The notes under the pieces: generated by a model
What the model was told of the DNA's origin: nothing
The model's input: only the letters and a program-made list of their open reading frames with translations
The model's database searches: none
Source of the DNA: Coraliomargarita sp.
Lineage (GTDB): Bacteria; Verrucomicrobiota; Verrucomicrobiia; Opitutales; Coraliomargaritaceae
Length of the DNA stretch: 64,000 nucleotides
NCBI GenBank assembly: GCA_965216325.1
Contig: OZ244160.1
Location: 1,952,001 to 2,016,000 of the forward strand
Direction: 5' to 3'
Translations under genes and position numbers: made by a program
Shown: piece after piece, positions 21,866 to 30,880 of the stretch
Layout: the number at the start of each line of letters is the position of its first letter
Position numbering within the stretch: position 1 is the first letter of the stretch

Positions 21866-22174
21866 ATGGCAGCCGTAAAAACAGATGTAGACCTCGACAG
21901 CCTCGCCAAGCAGCTCTGGGCGCTTGGTGATCCGGTGCGTTTGCAAATCTTGCAGATGCTGCCGACCGAGCCGTCCTGTGAGAATGCCTGTAATGTGTCG
22001 AAGATTGCCGAGCGCATCGGTTTATCGCAGCCCTCGACTTCGCATCACCTGCGGGTGCTTCGCCAAGCGGGCATTGTTGTGGGTGAGAAGCGCTGCCGTG
22101 ATATGATCTACTGGGTCCAGCTGGATGAGGGTGCGGCGGTGAGTGATGCGCTCAAAGAGGTCCTAAGGGGCTGA
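21866..22174 (+). CDS. ArsR/SmtB-family regulator
   Basis: ALGDPVRLQIL, CNVSKIAERIGLSQPSTSHHLRVLRQAG. Confidence 0.92.
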   Translation: MAAVKTDVDLDSLAKQLWALGDPVRLQILQMLPTEPSCENACNVSKIAERIGLSQPSTSHHLRVLRQAGIVVGEKRCRDMIYWVQLDEGAAVSDALKEVLRG

Positions 22175-22181
22175 TGCTCAT

Positions 22182-22258
22182 TCTTAATCCTAATCTTACT
22201 CTTAATCGTAATCGGCGCTGAGAGGGATTAAGATTATGATTAGGAGTAAGATTAAGAG
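22182..22258. repeat. Inverted hexamer-array element (TAATCN / GATTAN)
   Basis: TCTTAATCCTAATCTTACTCTTAATCGTAATC ... GATTAAGATTATGATTAGGAGTAAGATTAAGAG; same family at 58808-59039. Confidence 0.85.
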
Positions 22259-22299
22259 ATCATGTATTCAACCGCCTAAAGGCGGGACCCCAACCTGTG

Positions 22300-23175
22300 C
22301 TACCAATTGCTCTCTTTCTTGAAGAAGCCCCAGCTCGGTGCCTCCATGGGCACCGTGATTCGAAAGTCGACGCCCCACTCCGCGGCGTTGTTATCGTCGA
22401 GTAGGTAGTGCTTGTAGGCGATGGCGAATTTAACCGGATGATTCCGGATTAGCGTGAGCTGGCCGATGCCGATGCGCACGGGCGCGACCCAGGTGTTTTG
22501 TTCCCAATTACGCTGAAATTCCGCGTCGATGCCGACCGTTGTGCCGGTGCCAAAGGTATAAGTCAGTCGTGGTTCCATGCGGCTAAAGCTGACATCCTCG
22601 GCATCGCTATCGCCCTCGAAGGACCAGACGTGGCTAACGAGGATGCCTTTGGTCCAGCCGTTCTTTTGGCGATAGACGGCGATCGTAGGGCCGGCGCTGA
22701 CTTTGTCGGTGGTCAGGCCTGTCTCGGAGCCAGTGGGCAATACGATGGTGGGCCCCACGCCCCAATAGCTATCCCAGCCCATCGAGTGCTTGGGTGTAAA
22801 GAAGAAGGTCTGTCTCAGGTCGGACCAGCCTTCCTGTGAATCATTGCCAATGACATCGTTTTGGGTGATCCAGCTGATGTCGGTCTTGCTCAGAACATGC
22901 CAGTCATTACCCAGGATGAAGGGCACTTGTGGTGCAAAATTGGTCTCAAAGCGGCTGCCGCGCTCCTCGGGGCCGCTGCCCTCCTCATATCTGAAGGTCG
23001 TCGGCAGCACGAGGATGCGTGCCAGCGGATTCTCCAGTTTTTTTGAGAGATTCGGGTATTGCTCCTGAGCCGCCTCGCGGCGTTCCTGTGCGCCGGGAAG
23101 AATTTGTGCTGACCCAGTGTTGTGGCCGAGCAGTAGGCCTGTGAGTAGGAGCAGTGTGTGGGGGCGGGGGTTCAA
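22300..23175 (-). CDS. Putative outer-membrane beta-barrel transporter
   Basis: Signal peptide; LSKKLENPLA, WGVGPTIVLPT, SAGPT, VSHVWSF; amphipathic aromatic strands; TTG start uncertain. Confidence 0.65.
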   Translation of the reverse strand: MNPRPHTLLLLTGLLLGHNTGSAQILPGAQERREAAQEQYPNLSKKLENPLARILVLPTTFRYEEGSGPEERGSRFETNFAPQVPFILGNDWHVLSKTDISWITQNDVIGNDSQEGWSDLRQTFFFTPKHSMGWDSYWGVGPTIVLPTGSETGLTTDKVSAGPTIAVYRQKNGWTKGILVSHVWSFEGDSDAEDVSFSRMEPRLTYTFGTGTTVGIDAEFQRNWEQNTWVAPVRIGIGQLTLIRNHPVKFAIAYKHYLLDDNNAAEWGVDFRITVPMEAPSWGFFKKESNW

Positions 23176-23263
23176 TAGCTCTAGGGTGACGCACCAGTGC
23201 GCACGCTACGACACCAAAATGAATGCTGTAGATGCTCCACTGGTGGATGCATTCGCTGGCGGT

Positions 23264-24523
23264 TTAGAAGGTCCAATTAAAGTTCGCAGCGAAGAAGTGC
23301 ACGGCGTTGGTGTCGTATTCGCCCTTAAGGTCGCCTCGGACGGGATTGCCGGTGATGTCTACTTCAGCCGGGCCGAGGTCCATGTATTCGTAGGCGAGGC
23401 CAACGCTCATGTTCTCTTTGAGTTGATAGTTGAAGCCGGTCGCGAAGCGCCAGATTCGGTCGAACGGAACGTCAGGGGAGCGGTCTTCGGCTTTATCGAT
23501 TGGAGAGGTGTCGTGGCTAATGCCGAAGGACCAGCGCAGCTCTGGATTGATCTGATATTGTGCGCCGAGTGCGAAGTGCCAAGTGTCGTCGAAATTGAGA
23601 TCCTTTTCGAGGTCGTTTGGATTGTCGCTGGTAATCGAGAGTTCTTGCTTGCCGAACTCGCTCCATTCTTGCCAAGCGATGCTGCCCATGATCGACCACT
23701 TTTCGTTAATGTCATGGTGGATGCCGAGCAGGATACTTTGCGGCACGTTGAGGTCGAGGTCAGCTTTGGCGTCGCCGATTGCAGCGCCTAAAATTGGGCC
23801 CAGGTTTGAAAATTCCAAGGCATCTTCAAACTCGAGATCGACCTGAGAGCGATAGCTGAGACCGAGGCGCGTGTCTTCGTTTACCTCGAACATCAACCCG
23901 AGGTTATAGCCGAAACCAAATGTGTCGTCTTCCAGTTTGAGTTGTCCGTCACCCTGCCCGAAATCGAGAAAGTTATTAATCGCTGCGCGTTGGTCGAGTG
24001 TGGAATAGAAGAAATTCACACCAGCGCCGACTGACCAGCGCTCGTTGAGGCGATAGCCGACCGATGGGTTGAGGCCCATTGTCAGTAGCTCGGCTTGGGT
24101 TACGTAGTAGCGACCTTCCCAGTCGTCACCATAGTCAAGCCCGAGTCCGAAGTAGGAGCCGAATGCCAGTCCAAACGCGAGGTCCTCGCTGTGTTTGTAA
24201 ACATAGGATGTGCTACCACTGGGGATGATGCCTCCGGCGTTGCCGCCATCGCCGCCACCGTTAACGTTGGTCTCGCTATCGAAGCGGGCGTTCACATAGA
24301 GGATCTGTGCGGTTACCGTGAGGCTGTGTTCTTCTGTGAGCAGTGGCATGCCTGCTGGATTGCCTCCAGCGATCGAGGCGTCGCGAGCAGTTGCTGCACG
24401 GCCTGCGGTTGCAGCGCCGAGGTCTTCAGTGCCAGTTTCATGCAGCCAAAGCCCTGCGGCTTGAATGCTTGAAGTGATTGCGAACGCACCGAGTGCCAGG
24501 GGTGCTAGTTGTGGTAACTTCAT
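23264..24523 (-). CDS. FadL/OmpP1/TodX-family outer-membrane transporter
   Basis: AGLWLHETG..LGAATAG..DAS..NPAG hatch motif; C-terminal Phe. Confidence 0.9.
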   Translation of the reverse strand: MKLPQLAPLALGAFAITSSIQAAGLWLHETGTEDLGAATAGRAATARDASIAGGNPAGMPLLTEEHSLTVTAQILYVNARFDSETNVNGGGDGGNAGGIIPSGSTSYVYKHSEDLAFGLAFGSYFGLGLDYGDDWEGRYYVTQAELLTMGLNPSVGYRLNERWSVGAGVNFFYSTLDQRAAINNFLDFGQGDGQLKLEDDTFGFGYNLGLMFEVNEDTRLGLSYRSQVDLEFEDALEFSNLGPILGAAIGDAKADLDLNVPQSILLGIHHDINEKWSIMGSIAWQEWSEFGKQELSITSDNPNDLEKDLNFDDTWHFALGAQYQINPELRWSFGISHDTSPIDKAEDRSPDVPFDRIWRFATGFNYQLKENMSVGLAYEYMDLGPAEVDITGNPVRGDLKGEYDTNAVHFFAANFNWTF

Positions 24524-24544
24524 TGGGTAGTTCGTGTGTGTAAA

Positions 24545-24608
24545 GTAGAAGCGGCATCTTGCCGCTTTATGTGAGGCTCGGTTGAAAGCGGCTAGATGCC
24601 GCTTCTCC
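24545..24608. repeat. Family E REP inverted pair
   Basis: GTAGAAGCGGCATCTTGCCGCTTT ... AAAGCGGCTAGATGCCGCTTCT. Confidence 0.85.
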
Positions 24609-24641
24609 TTTAAGGACTAGGGTCAATATGCCTATCGATGT

Positions 24642-24673
24642 AAAAAAGTGCGAGCCCGTTTTTGGACTCGCAC
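24642..24673 (-). terminator. Intrinsic terminator between the sulfatase and fadL-like genes
   Basis: Minus strand GTGCGAGTCC-AAAAAC-GGGCTCGCAC-TTTTTT. Confidence 0.7.
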
Positions 24674-24792
24674 TGGTGCGTAAGTGATTTCGCTTAGACT
24701 TTTTTGAATTCCCGTTGCTTGAGCTGGGCCATGTCGCGGGCGTGCGGAACGCTCGTTGTAGGGGCGCGACTTGACGCGCCCGCGCCCATCGC

Positions 24793-26355
24793 TTAGTTGC
24801 CCGGGCGTTCAATCAAGCCCTTCTCGCCGAGTTGCTGTAGGATTTGCAGTGCTTTGAGCGACTGGTAATTGATCCCGCCGGCATTCAGATTCTGACCTTC
24901 TTGGAATGGGTATTCACCGATGGTGCTGAAGAACTGTTGGATCTGATCCTGTACGGGAACGAAGAGCCACATGTTGTCCGCCATCCAGCGCAGATACATC
25001 GCAGAGTGTTCCCAAGCATGCTCATAAGGGTCGGCTTTCAGGTGTATCACGATGGGCCATGCTTGCTCGAAGCGAACCGAGTCAGTGATGTTTCCTTCTT
25101 GGTGCGCGAAGTGGATCTTCCAGTCGTTCCAACGCAGTGCATTCAAATTGCCAATCGGATCGAAGTAGAGGATCTGGTCGCGTGGGCTTTCGTCAGAGGC
25201 GCCGCTGAGGTAATCGGTGAGGTCGTAGCCGTCGAGGTGCACGCGCCATTCTTTGCCGTTGGCAGTGTGGCCTTCCTTGAGTTTCGCAACGATGTCTGTT
25301 TCACCGGCAGCAGAGAGGAGGGTTGGCATCCAGTCTTCATGGGAAACGATATCGTTAAACTTGCTGCCGGGTTGGATAACACCCGGCCACTTAACCACGA
25401 GTGGCACGCGGAAGCCACCTTCCCATGTGGTGCCTTTTTCGCCCTTGAAAGGAGTGATGCCGCCGTCTGGCCAGGAGACGGTTTCCGCGCCGTTGTCGGT
25501 GCTGTAGATCACGATGGTATTCTCGGTAATGCCGAGTTCGTCGAGCTTCGCCAGTAGTTGGCCCACATGGCCGTCGTGCTCTGCCATGCCGTCTGGGTAG
25601 AGGCCGATGCCGGTGAGGCCAACCGACTCTGGCTTCAGTCGAGTCCACACGTGCATGCGGGTGCTGTTGAACCACATGAAGAAGGGCTTGTCGGCAGCAT
25701 GTGCGCGATCGATGAAGTCGAGTCCGGATGCAAGGAACTCCTCGTCGGCGGTTTCCATGCGCTTGCGCGTCATGGGGCCGGTGTCCTCGATCTTACCGTC
25801 TGCAGTTGATTTGATGACGCCGCGTGGGCCATACTTTTCGCGGAACTCAGGATCCTTTGGATAGTGATAGGTCTCAGGTTCCTCTTCCGCATTCAAGTGG
25901 TAGAGGTTACCAAAGAACTCATCGAAGCCGTGTGCGGTGGGGAGGTGTTGATCTTGGTCGCCTAGGTGGTTTTTACCATACTGAGCGGTCATATAGCCGT
26001 GGTCTTTGACTAAGTCGGCGATGGTGGGAGCCCAGTTGGGAATGCCGTGGTCGGAGCCTGGCATGCCGATCGTGAGCAGACCGGTGCGGAAGGGGTGCTG
26101 CCCCAAAATAAAGGATGCGCGGCCGGCGGTGCAGCTTTGTTGCGCATAGGCATCCGTGAACAGCGCGCCCTCGTTGGCGAGGCGATCGATGTTGGGCGTC
26201 TTGTAACCCATGATGCCGTGATTGTAGGCGCTGATGTTGTGCACGCCGACGTCGTCTCCCCAGATGACGAGGATGTTGGGCTTGTCAGCAGCCTGTGAGT
26301 TGGTCGCAGCAGCAAGGCCAAAGCCGAGGACTGCAGAGGTGATCCATGTTTTCAT
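24793..26355 (-). CDS. Exported arylsulfatase-family protein (Cys-type, formylglycine-dependent)
   Basis: Signal peptide; KPNILVIWGDD, SCTAGR (CxAxR), GKNHLG, STDNG. Confidence 0.93.
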   Translation of the reverse strand: MKTWITSAVLGFGLAAATNSQAADKPNILVIWGDDVGVHNISAYNHGIMGYKTPNIDRLANEGALFTDAYAQQSCTAGRASFILGQHPFRTGLLTIGMPGSDHGIPNWAPTIADLVKDHGYMTAQYGKNHLGDQDQHLPTAHGFDEFFGNLYHLNAEEEPETYHYPKDPEFREKYGPRGVIKSTADGKIEDTGPMTRKRMETADEEFLASGLDFIDRAHAADKPFFMWFNSTRMHVWTRLKPESVGLTGIGLYPDGMAEHDGHVGQLLAKLDELGITENTIVIYSTDNGAETVSWPDGGITPFKGEKGTTWEGGFRVPLVVKWPGVIQPGSKFNDIVSHEDWMPTLLSAAGETDIVAKLKEGHTANGKEWRVHLDGYDLTDYLSGASDESPRDQILYFDPIGNLNALRWNDWKIHFAHQEGNITDSVRFEQAWPIVIHLKADPYEHAWEHSAMYLRWMADNMWLFVPVQDQIQQFFSTIGEYPFQEGQNLNAGGINYQSLKALQILQQLGEKGLIERPGN

Positions 26356-26381
26356 ATGATGTTGTGGTTTAGGTAGTAGAA

Positions 26382-27773
26382 TTAAAGATTCAGCGGGGGT
26401 AGGATTGCGTCCGCTTTGGAGAGTTTATGTGGCTTCGATTGTTGGTGATGCTTCCGAGCCTGTGAGAGGCCGGTCGAAAATTGCTTTAGGTTGTGCACTG
26501 CCTGCGGGTTGCTAAGCAGCTGCTGTGCGATCGCTTGGGTTGTTGTGTCTGCATACGTGGCGAAAAACGGACTGGGGCTTTGTCCGATGTAATCGAGCCA
26601 GCGCAGTAATGCGTTGAGCGTTTCGTTTGGAGATTCGTTGCGTAGGGCATGGGTGACTTGCTTGAATACAGCAGCTTCAGAGTGCACGTGATCGGACACT
26701 GCTCGTTTCCATCGGTAATAAATAAAGAAAACTAGGCCGATGCCGAACACAATCAAAAGTATCGGTGTTATTTTTAGGTGACGTGCACTCACGTCAGTGG
26801 AGAGTGGATGTGTCGTGCCACCGCCTGTGATGCTGAGCTGTCTTCCGTCTAGAGTTATTGTTTGTAGTTCCTGCGTCTCGGGGTGCCACCATTGGAATTG
26901 ATAGCTTGGTAGCTTCGGGGTCGCATTGTGTTCGAAGACATAGGTGGCCGATTCAGTTCGTATGGCAGTTGACTGCTCCTCACGCAGTTGTGGGCTTTCC
27001 GGATAAGCAGATAAGCCGTCGATTTGTTCTTCTCGCAGCGGTGGGAGGACCATCGCAGGTAAATCGTCAGCGCGGAGAGTAATGCTTCGCTTGAGGGCGC
27101 CGCCTACGGTGAACTCGTTCTGGTTCGGCTCCCATTGTTGAGTTGCCGTAAACTTTGGGCTGACGATCAGTGGCAAATCCGTGCGACTGCCTTCCGGTAG
27201 TTGCGTAGTGAATATAATTGCCTCGGTTTGTGTGCTGACTTCTCGCGTGGAGTTTTGTGCGCCCCAGGTTTGAATGCGCACTTTCAGCTCAATCGGGGGG
27301 AGCATTTGCTCGCCGACACGTTGTGGGTAGATGGAGAGCTGATAGCGCTGACCGGTGTAGCTGGCCCCGTCGATAGTCTCGTTCAACCGCACGCGACTAT
27401 TACCCGAGGGGCGCACGTAACTGCCGGGCACCTCGACTTCACTCAGGTCCGCGATCTGTGCCCAGCCATCTTTGCCCAGTACGTCGATTTGTAGCTGCAT
27501 GCGTTGGCCGACCCAGACCTTCTCTGGGCTCAGTTGAGTGCGCACGATGACGTCTTCGGCAATTAGGGTATGCACTGTTAGTAGTATGAGTGCGCAGCAC
27601 AGGCGTAGGGGCGTTGCTTGCAACGCCCGCGGTATGAATTGCCTTACAGCTGCGGCGGGCTTCGCCCCTCGATAGACTCGGGGCCTTGAGCTGCGCGAAA
27701 CGGCAAGCAGAGCGCCTACGTATTCTACGTGGTGGCAACGACGGAGCGTTGCCCTCCATTGAGCGATACGCAT
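26382..27773 (-). CDS. BatD-like protein with a REP-derived N-terminal extension
   Basis: WVGQ, IYPQRVG, VGGALKRSITL, WWHPE motifs; C-terminal TM; ATG overlaps upstream TGA with AGGAGGT 8 nt upstream. Confidence 0.8.
   Translation of the reverse strand: MRIAQWRATLRRCHHVEYVGALLAVSRSSRPRVYRGAKPAAAVRQFIPRALQATPLRLCCALILLTVHTLIAEDVIVRTQLSPEKVWVGQRMQLQIDVLGKDGWAQIADLSEVEVPGSYVRPSGNSRVRLNETIDGASYTGQRYQLSIYPQRVGEQMLPPIELKVRIQTWGAQNSTREVSTQTEAIIFTTQLPEGSRTDLPLIVSPKFTATQQWEPNQNEFTVGGALKRSITLRADDLPAMVLPPLREEQIDGLSAYPESPQLREEQSTAIRTESATYVFEHNATPKLPSYQFQWWHPETQELQTITLDGRQLSITGGGTTHPLSTDVSARHLKITPILLIVFGIGLVFFIYYRWKRAVSDHVHSEAAVFKQVTHALRNESPNETLNALLRWLDYIGQSPSPFFATYADTTTQAIAQQLLSNPQAVHNLKQFSTGLSQARKHHQQSKPHKLSKADAILPPLNL
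27605..27758. repeat. REP cluster inside the batD-like 5' coding region (family B pair with 39-nt insert, plus family F arm)
   Basis: GTAGGGGCGTTGCTTGCAACGCCC ...; GGCAACGACGGAGCGTTGCCCTCCA matches 63226-63250. Confidence 0.85.
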
Positions 27774-28492
27774 CAGTTGCCACCTCCTTGTTGTTGCAGC
27801 TGAGTGCGGAACTTCGACTTCAAGAAGTCGGCTGGATCGGTTTGCACTTGTCGCAGCCAGACGGCGCGCAGCTCGGCGTCGCTCATTTCTGCACCTTGAA
27901 TCACCTCGCTTTGGTTCGTGTCGTTCTGCTGCTGGCTTGGGTTGTCGTTGATCACGAAGTCGTCGGCGCCGATCTTACCATCGGTCATATTCGCACCTTG
28001 AAAATTAAGCGCTTCTGCGCGGGCTAAGGCGATTGCACGGTTGGCTTGTGCTGCCTCCCAATTCGAGCGGTGTTCGAGTGCGCGCTCGTAGCGTTGGGCG
28101 GCTTCTGTGTAGTTCCCCTGAAAGAGTAAGGCGTTGCCGTGGTTAAAGCAGCCCTCTGAAGTGTCGTAGCCTGCAAAAATTCCGGCAGCCTGTTTGAAGT
28201 CTCCTGTGCGATAGAGTACGATGGCACGCCAATAGCTATCGACGAATGTCTGGCTCGCTTCCGTGTATTCAGATTTAGAATACAGAGTGTAGCCTTTCTG
28301 GTCGGCAGTGCGCAGCGGTGCTCCGGAGAGAAGAAAGCCGGCGAGTGTAAGCGCTGAGATTGTCCACGATACTTTCACCGCGTATGTAGGTAGCGCAGCC
28401 GCGTCTCGCGGCGCACCACGTTGTTGCAAGCTATGCCGTCTGTTTGTTCCTGCGGATCGGGGACGCTCCTGCGCTACCTTTCGAAGGCTCAT
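27773..28492 (-). CDS. TPR protein (BatC-like)
   Basis: TADQKG, YRTGDFKQAA, FNHGNAL..YERAL, WLRQVQTDPADFLKSKF; ATGA overlap with upstream gene; alternative GTG at 28378. Confidence 0.85.
   Translation of the reverse strand: MSLRKVAQERPRSAGTNRRHSLQQRGAPRDAAALPTYAVKVSWTISALTLAGFLLSGAPLRTADQKGYTLYSKSEYTEASQTFVDSYWRAIVLYRTGDFKQAAGIFAGYDTSEGCFNHGNALLFQGNYTEAAQRYERALEHRSNWEAAQANRAIALARAEALNFQGANMTDGKIGADDFVINDNPSQQQNDTNQSEVIQGAEMSDAELRAVWLRQVQTDPADFLKSKFRTQLQQQGGGN
28388..28479. repeat. Family C REP inverted pair within the 5' end of the TPR ORF
   Basis: AGGTAGCGCAGCCGCGTCTCGCGGCGCACC ... GCGGATCGGGGACGCTCCTGCGCTACCT. Confidence 0.85.
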
Positions 28493-29382
28493 GGCTGCCA
28501 TCCTTTCCGAAAGAATGCGAGAAACAGCAATGCGATGATCGGAATGAGGGCCGTGCCGCTGTCTTGCCAGCGCTGGCTGCCGCTGAGTGCTTGTGAGTAA
28601 CTGAACTGCGAGCGGGCGCGGCGGTTGATTTGCTCAATTTCGCTCTGGTCAAAACTGAAGGACGCAATCGACGCGCCGAGGCGTCTGGCCTGGGTTTGGA
28701 TGCCTGTCGGAATCGGCGAACCTGGTGTGTGCAGTGCAAGGATTTGAATGGGCAGCTCGGTGTCTGCCTCGCGACTGTCGATGATCTCGTCGGTGATGAT
28801 CAACACGGAGCCGGGGATCTGTGCCCGCTCGAACTGTGCTCCGGCCAGCTGCAGCGCTTCACTCAAAGCATCGCCTTGGCGCGGCATGATATCAGGACTC
28901 AAGCTCTCGGCCATAGTTGAAACAATCCGTCCGTCACGGGTGAGCGGCATGACCAGATGCGCGCTGCCGTTGTAGGCGATCAGTCCGGTTGCCGCGCTTT
29001 CACGCAGTTCGAGTAGATCGGTCAGCTTATGACGGGCACGCTCTAGGCGGGTCGGCTGCAGATCGGTCGCCAGCATGGTTGGGCTGACTCGCAGGAGTAC
29101 AAAGAGGCCAGCTTGCTCATCGGCGAATGGTGAGGGCTCTTGCTTCCAGCTTGGGCCTGCTAAGGCGAGTAAGCTTAACAGCCATACGATACCGAGCATG
29201 TGGATTGGTCGAAAGCCACGCATCGCTTCCACATCGACCAGCAGGTGTTTGAGCAGGTGTCGATCGACGACTTTTGCGAGTGCTCCTAAAGTTCCTGTTC
29301 TGCGCCATGCCAGCCACCAAATGAGCAGGGTGGGGAGCACTGCCAACAACCACAGCGGACGGAGGAAGTGAAACTCAGCCAT
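28489..29382 (-). CDS. VWA-domain membrane protein (BatB-like), degenerate MIDAS
   Basis: FHFLRPLWLL, ALAGPSW, RVSPTM in place of DxSxS, PTRLERA, AHLVMPLT, FRKGW. Confidence 0.88.
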   Translation of the reverse strand: MAEFHFLRPLWLLAVLPTLLIWWLAWRRTGTLGALAKVVDRHLLKHLLVDVEAMRGFRPIHMLGIVWLLSLLALAGPSWKQEPSPFADEQAGLFVLLRVSPTMLATDLQPTRLERARHKLTDLLELRESAATGLIAYNGSAHLVMPLTRDGRIVSTMAESLSPDIMPRQGDALSEALQLAGAQFERAQIPGSVLIITDEIIDSREADTELPIQILALHTPGSPIPTGIQTQARRLGASIASFSFDQSEIEQINRRARSQFSYSQALSGSQRWQDSGTALIPIIALLFLAFFRKGWQP

Positions 29383-30355
29383 CGCGGGCCTCCTTACTGC
29401 GGCCAGTGAAGACTTGTCCGCTGATGCCGATCAGCAGCATGGCCGCGAGTGGCCAGTGATACAATTCGGTGCGTGGACGGTAGCTGACCGATTCGACTTC
29501 ACGGGTGTCGAGCTGATCGATCTCAGTGTAAATACTTTCCAGTTCCTCGCGATCATTGGCGTGGAAATAGCGCCCATCGCTGGTTGATGCGACCGCTTGT
29601 AGTGCTTCCTCGTCGAGTGCTTCTTCGCCGGTAGTCGTGGGATCCCCGACGCCGACGACGTGCACGATGACTTCATTGTCTTTGGCAATCTTGGCGGCTT
29701 CGGCGGGTGGCACTCGACTACCGGTGTCGTTGCCATCGGTCAGTGCGATGATCACGCGTTGATCCACTTCGCTGCGTTCAAATAGTGTAATGCCCAGACC
29801 AATCGCATCGCCGAAGACAGTGCGTGGACCTGCCATGCGCACGGTGGTTTCTTCCAGCAGGATACGGCAGGCATCGAGGTCTTGAGTAAAGGGCACTTGC
29901 ACGAAGGCTGCGTTGCCAAAAACGATCAGTCCCACGCGGTCACCTTCGCGGCGCTGTAGGAATTCGTCCAAGACTTGTTTGACGGCAGTGAGTCGGTCAA
30001 TGCGTTCGCCGTCCTGCTTGGTGAAGTCGTTGGCTTCCATCGATCCGGAAAGATCGACGATGAGCAGCAGGTCGCGCGTTGGGATAATCTGCGAAATCGG
30101 TTCTTCCAGTTGTTGGGGGCGTGCGAGTGCGACGACGACTAGACACCAGCTGATCCAGAGTAGGATACGTTTCAGTGGTTTCGAGCTGATGGGCTCTCTT
30201 ATTTGTAGGTTCTCCTTGTTTAGGATATTGACCACGCGCTGAAACCAAGGTGCCCAGAGCGCGGGCCGTTTGCTCTCGCTGGGTGGGAGGATCCGTCCAA
30301 CTAGCAGGGGGAGCGGGAGCAGCAAGAGCAGCCATGGGTGTGCTAGGATCAACAT
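29375..30355 (-). CDS. VWA-domain membrane protein (BatA-like)
   Basis: ALARPQ, VDLSGSM MIDAS, GDRVGLIVFG, LTDGND. Confidence 0.9.
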   Translation of the reverse strand: MLILAHPWLLLLLPLPLLVGRILPPSESKRPALWAPWFQRVVNILNKENLQIREPISSKPLKRILLWISWCLVVVALARPQQLEEPISQIIPTRDLLLIVDLSGSMEANDFTKQDGERIDRLTAVKQVLDEFLQRREGDRVGLIVFGNAAFVQVPFTQDLDACRILLEETTVRMAGPRTVFGDAIGLGITLFERSEVDQRVIIALTDGNDTGSRVPPAEAAKIAKDNEVIVHVVGVGDPTTTGEEALDEEALQAVASTSDGRYFHANDREELESIYTEIDQLDTREVESVSYRPRTELYHWPLAAMLLIGISGQVFTGRSKEARDG

Positions 30356-30356
30356 A

Positions 30357-30779
30357 CTAGGAGGGCTGTCTCTGGTGTTTGCGGATCCATTGCTCCGCTT
30401 GATGTCGGAGTTCGTTTTCCGAAGAGTCCGCAAACGATGTTTCGGTAAAGAGTGCTTGGCTTACCTGCGCGTTTAGAAACCTAGTCCAGTCGGCGCCATG
30501 TAGTGGTGCAACTTGTTCGCGGGGATAGACGGCGAGTGCGACACGCTTGAGCACAACGTTGATGTCATATGTGCTGGTTGCGCTCTGAAGCAGTTGTAGG
30601 CCTGCACGACGATAGGCGTTTGCCTGATGACGTTTCGATAGTTGCCAGAGAATAGCGATGAGTAGCAGGCCAACAAGTCCGATGAGTGCCCAGAGCCCGG
30701 GCGCAAAGGGCCAGAGTCCGGGGGCTTCCGGCAGCACAATGTCGTGCAGATCGTTCAGGCTAAGCTCGGAGTTTTTCAT
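30357..30779 (-). CDS. DUF4381-family protein
   Basis: LHDIVLP..WPFAPG, NAYRRAG, LKRVAL, LHGADWTRFL. Confidence 0.85.
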   Translation of the reverse strand: MKNSELSLNDLHDIVLPEAPGLWPFAPGLWALIGLVGLLLIAILWQLSKRHQANAYRRAGLQLLQSATSTYDINVVLKRVALAVYPREQVAPLHGADWTRFLNAQVSQALFTETSFADSSENELRHQAEQWIRKHQRQPS

Positions 30780-30789
30780 TACGGCATAG

Positions 30790-30860
30790 GGTAGGGATGG
30801 CTGCCCTCAGCCATCCGCTTCTCTGTGTTGGGCGGACGCTCGGGGGCAAGCGTCCCTGCC
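30790..30860. repeat. GTAG-REP inverted pair within the moxR operon
   Basis: GGTAGGGATGGCTGCCCTCAGCCATCCGC ... GCGGACGCTCGGGGGCAAGCGTCCCTGCC. Confidence 0.8.
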
Positions 30861-30880
30861 TTTGATTGAATCGAGTCCAT

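Noticed and set aside
24642..24705. Riboswitch-like multi-stem structure upstream of the fadL-like gene
   Set aside because: Adequately explained as the sulfatase terminator; no known aptamer motif recognised.
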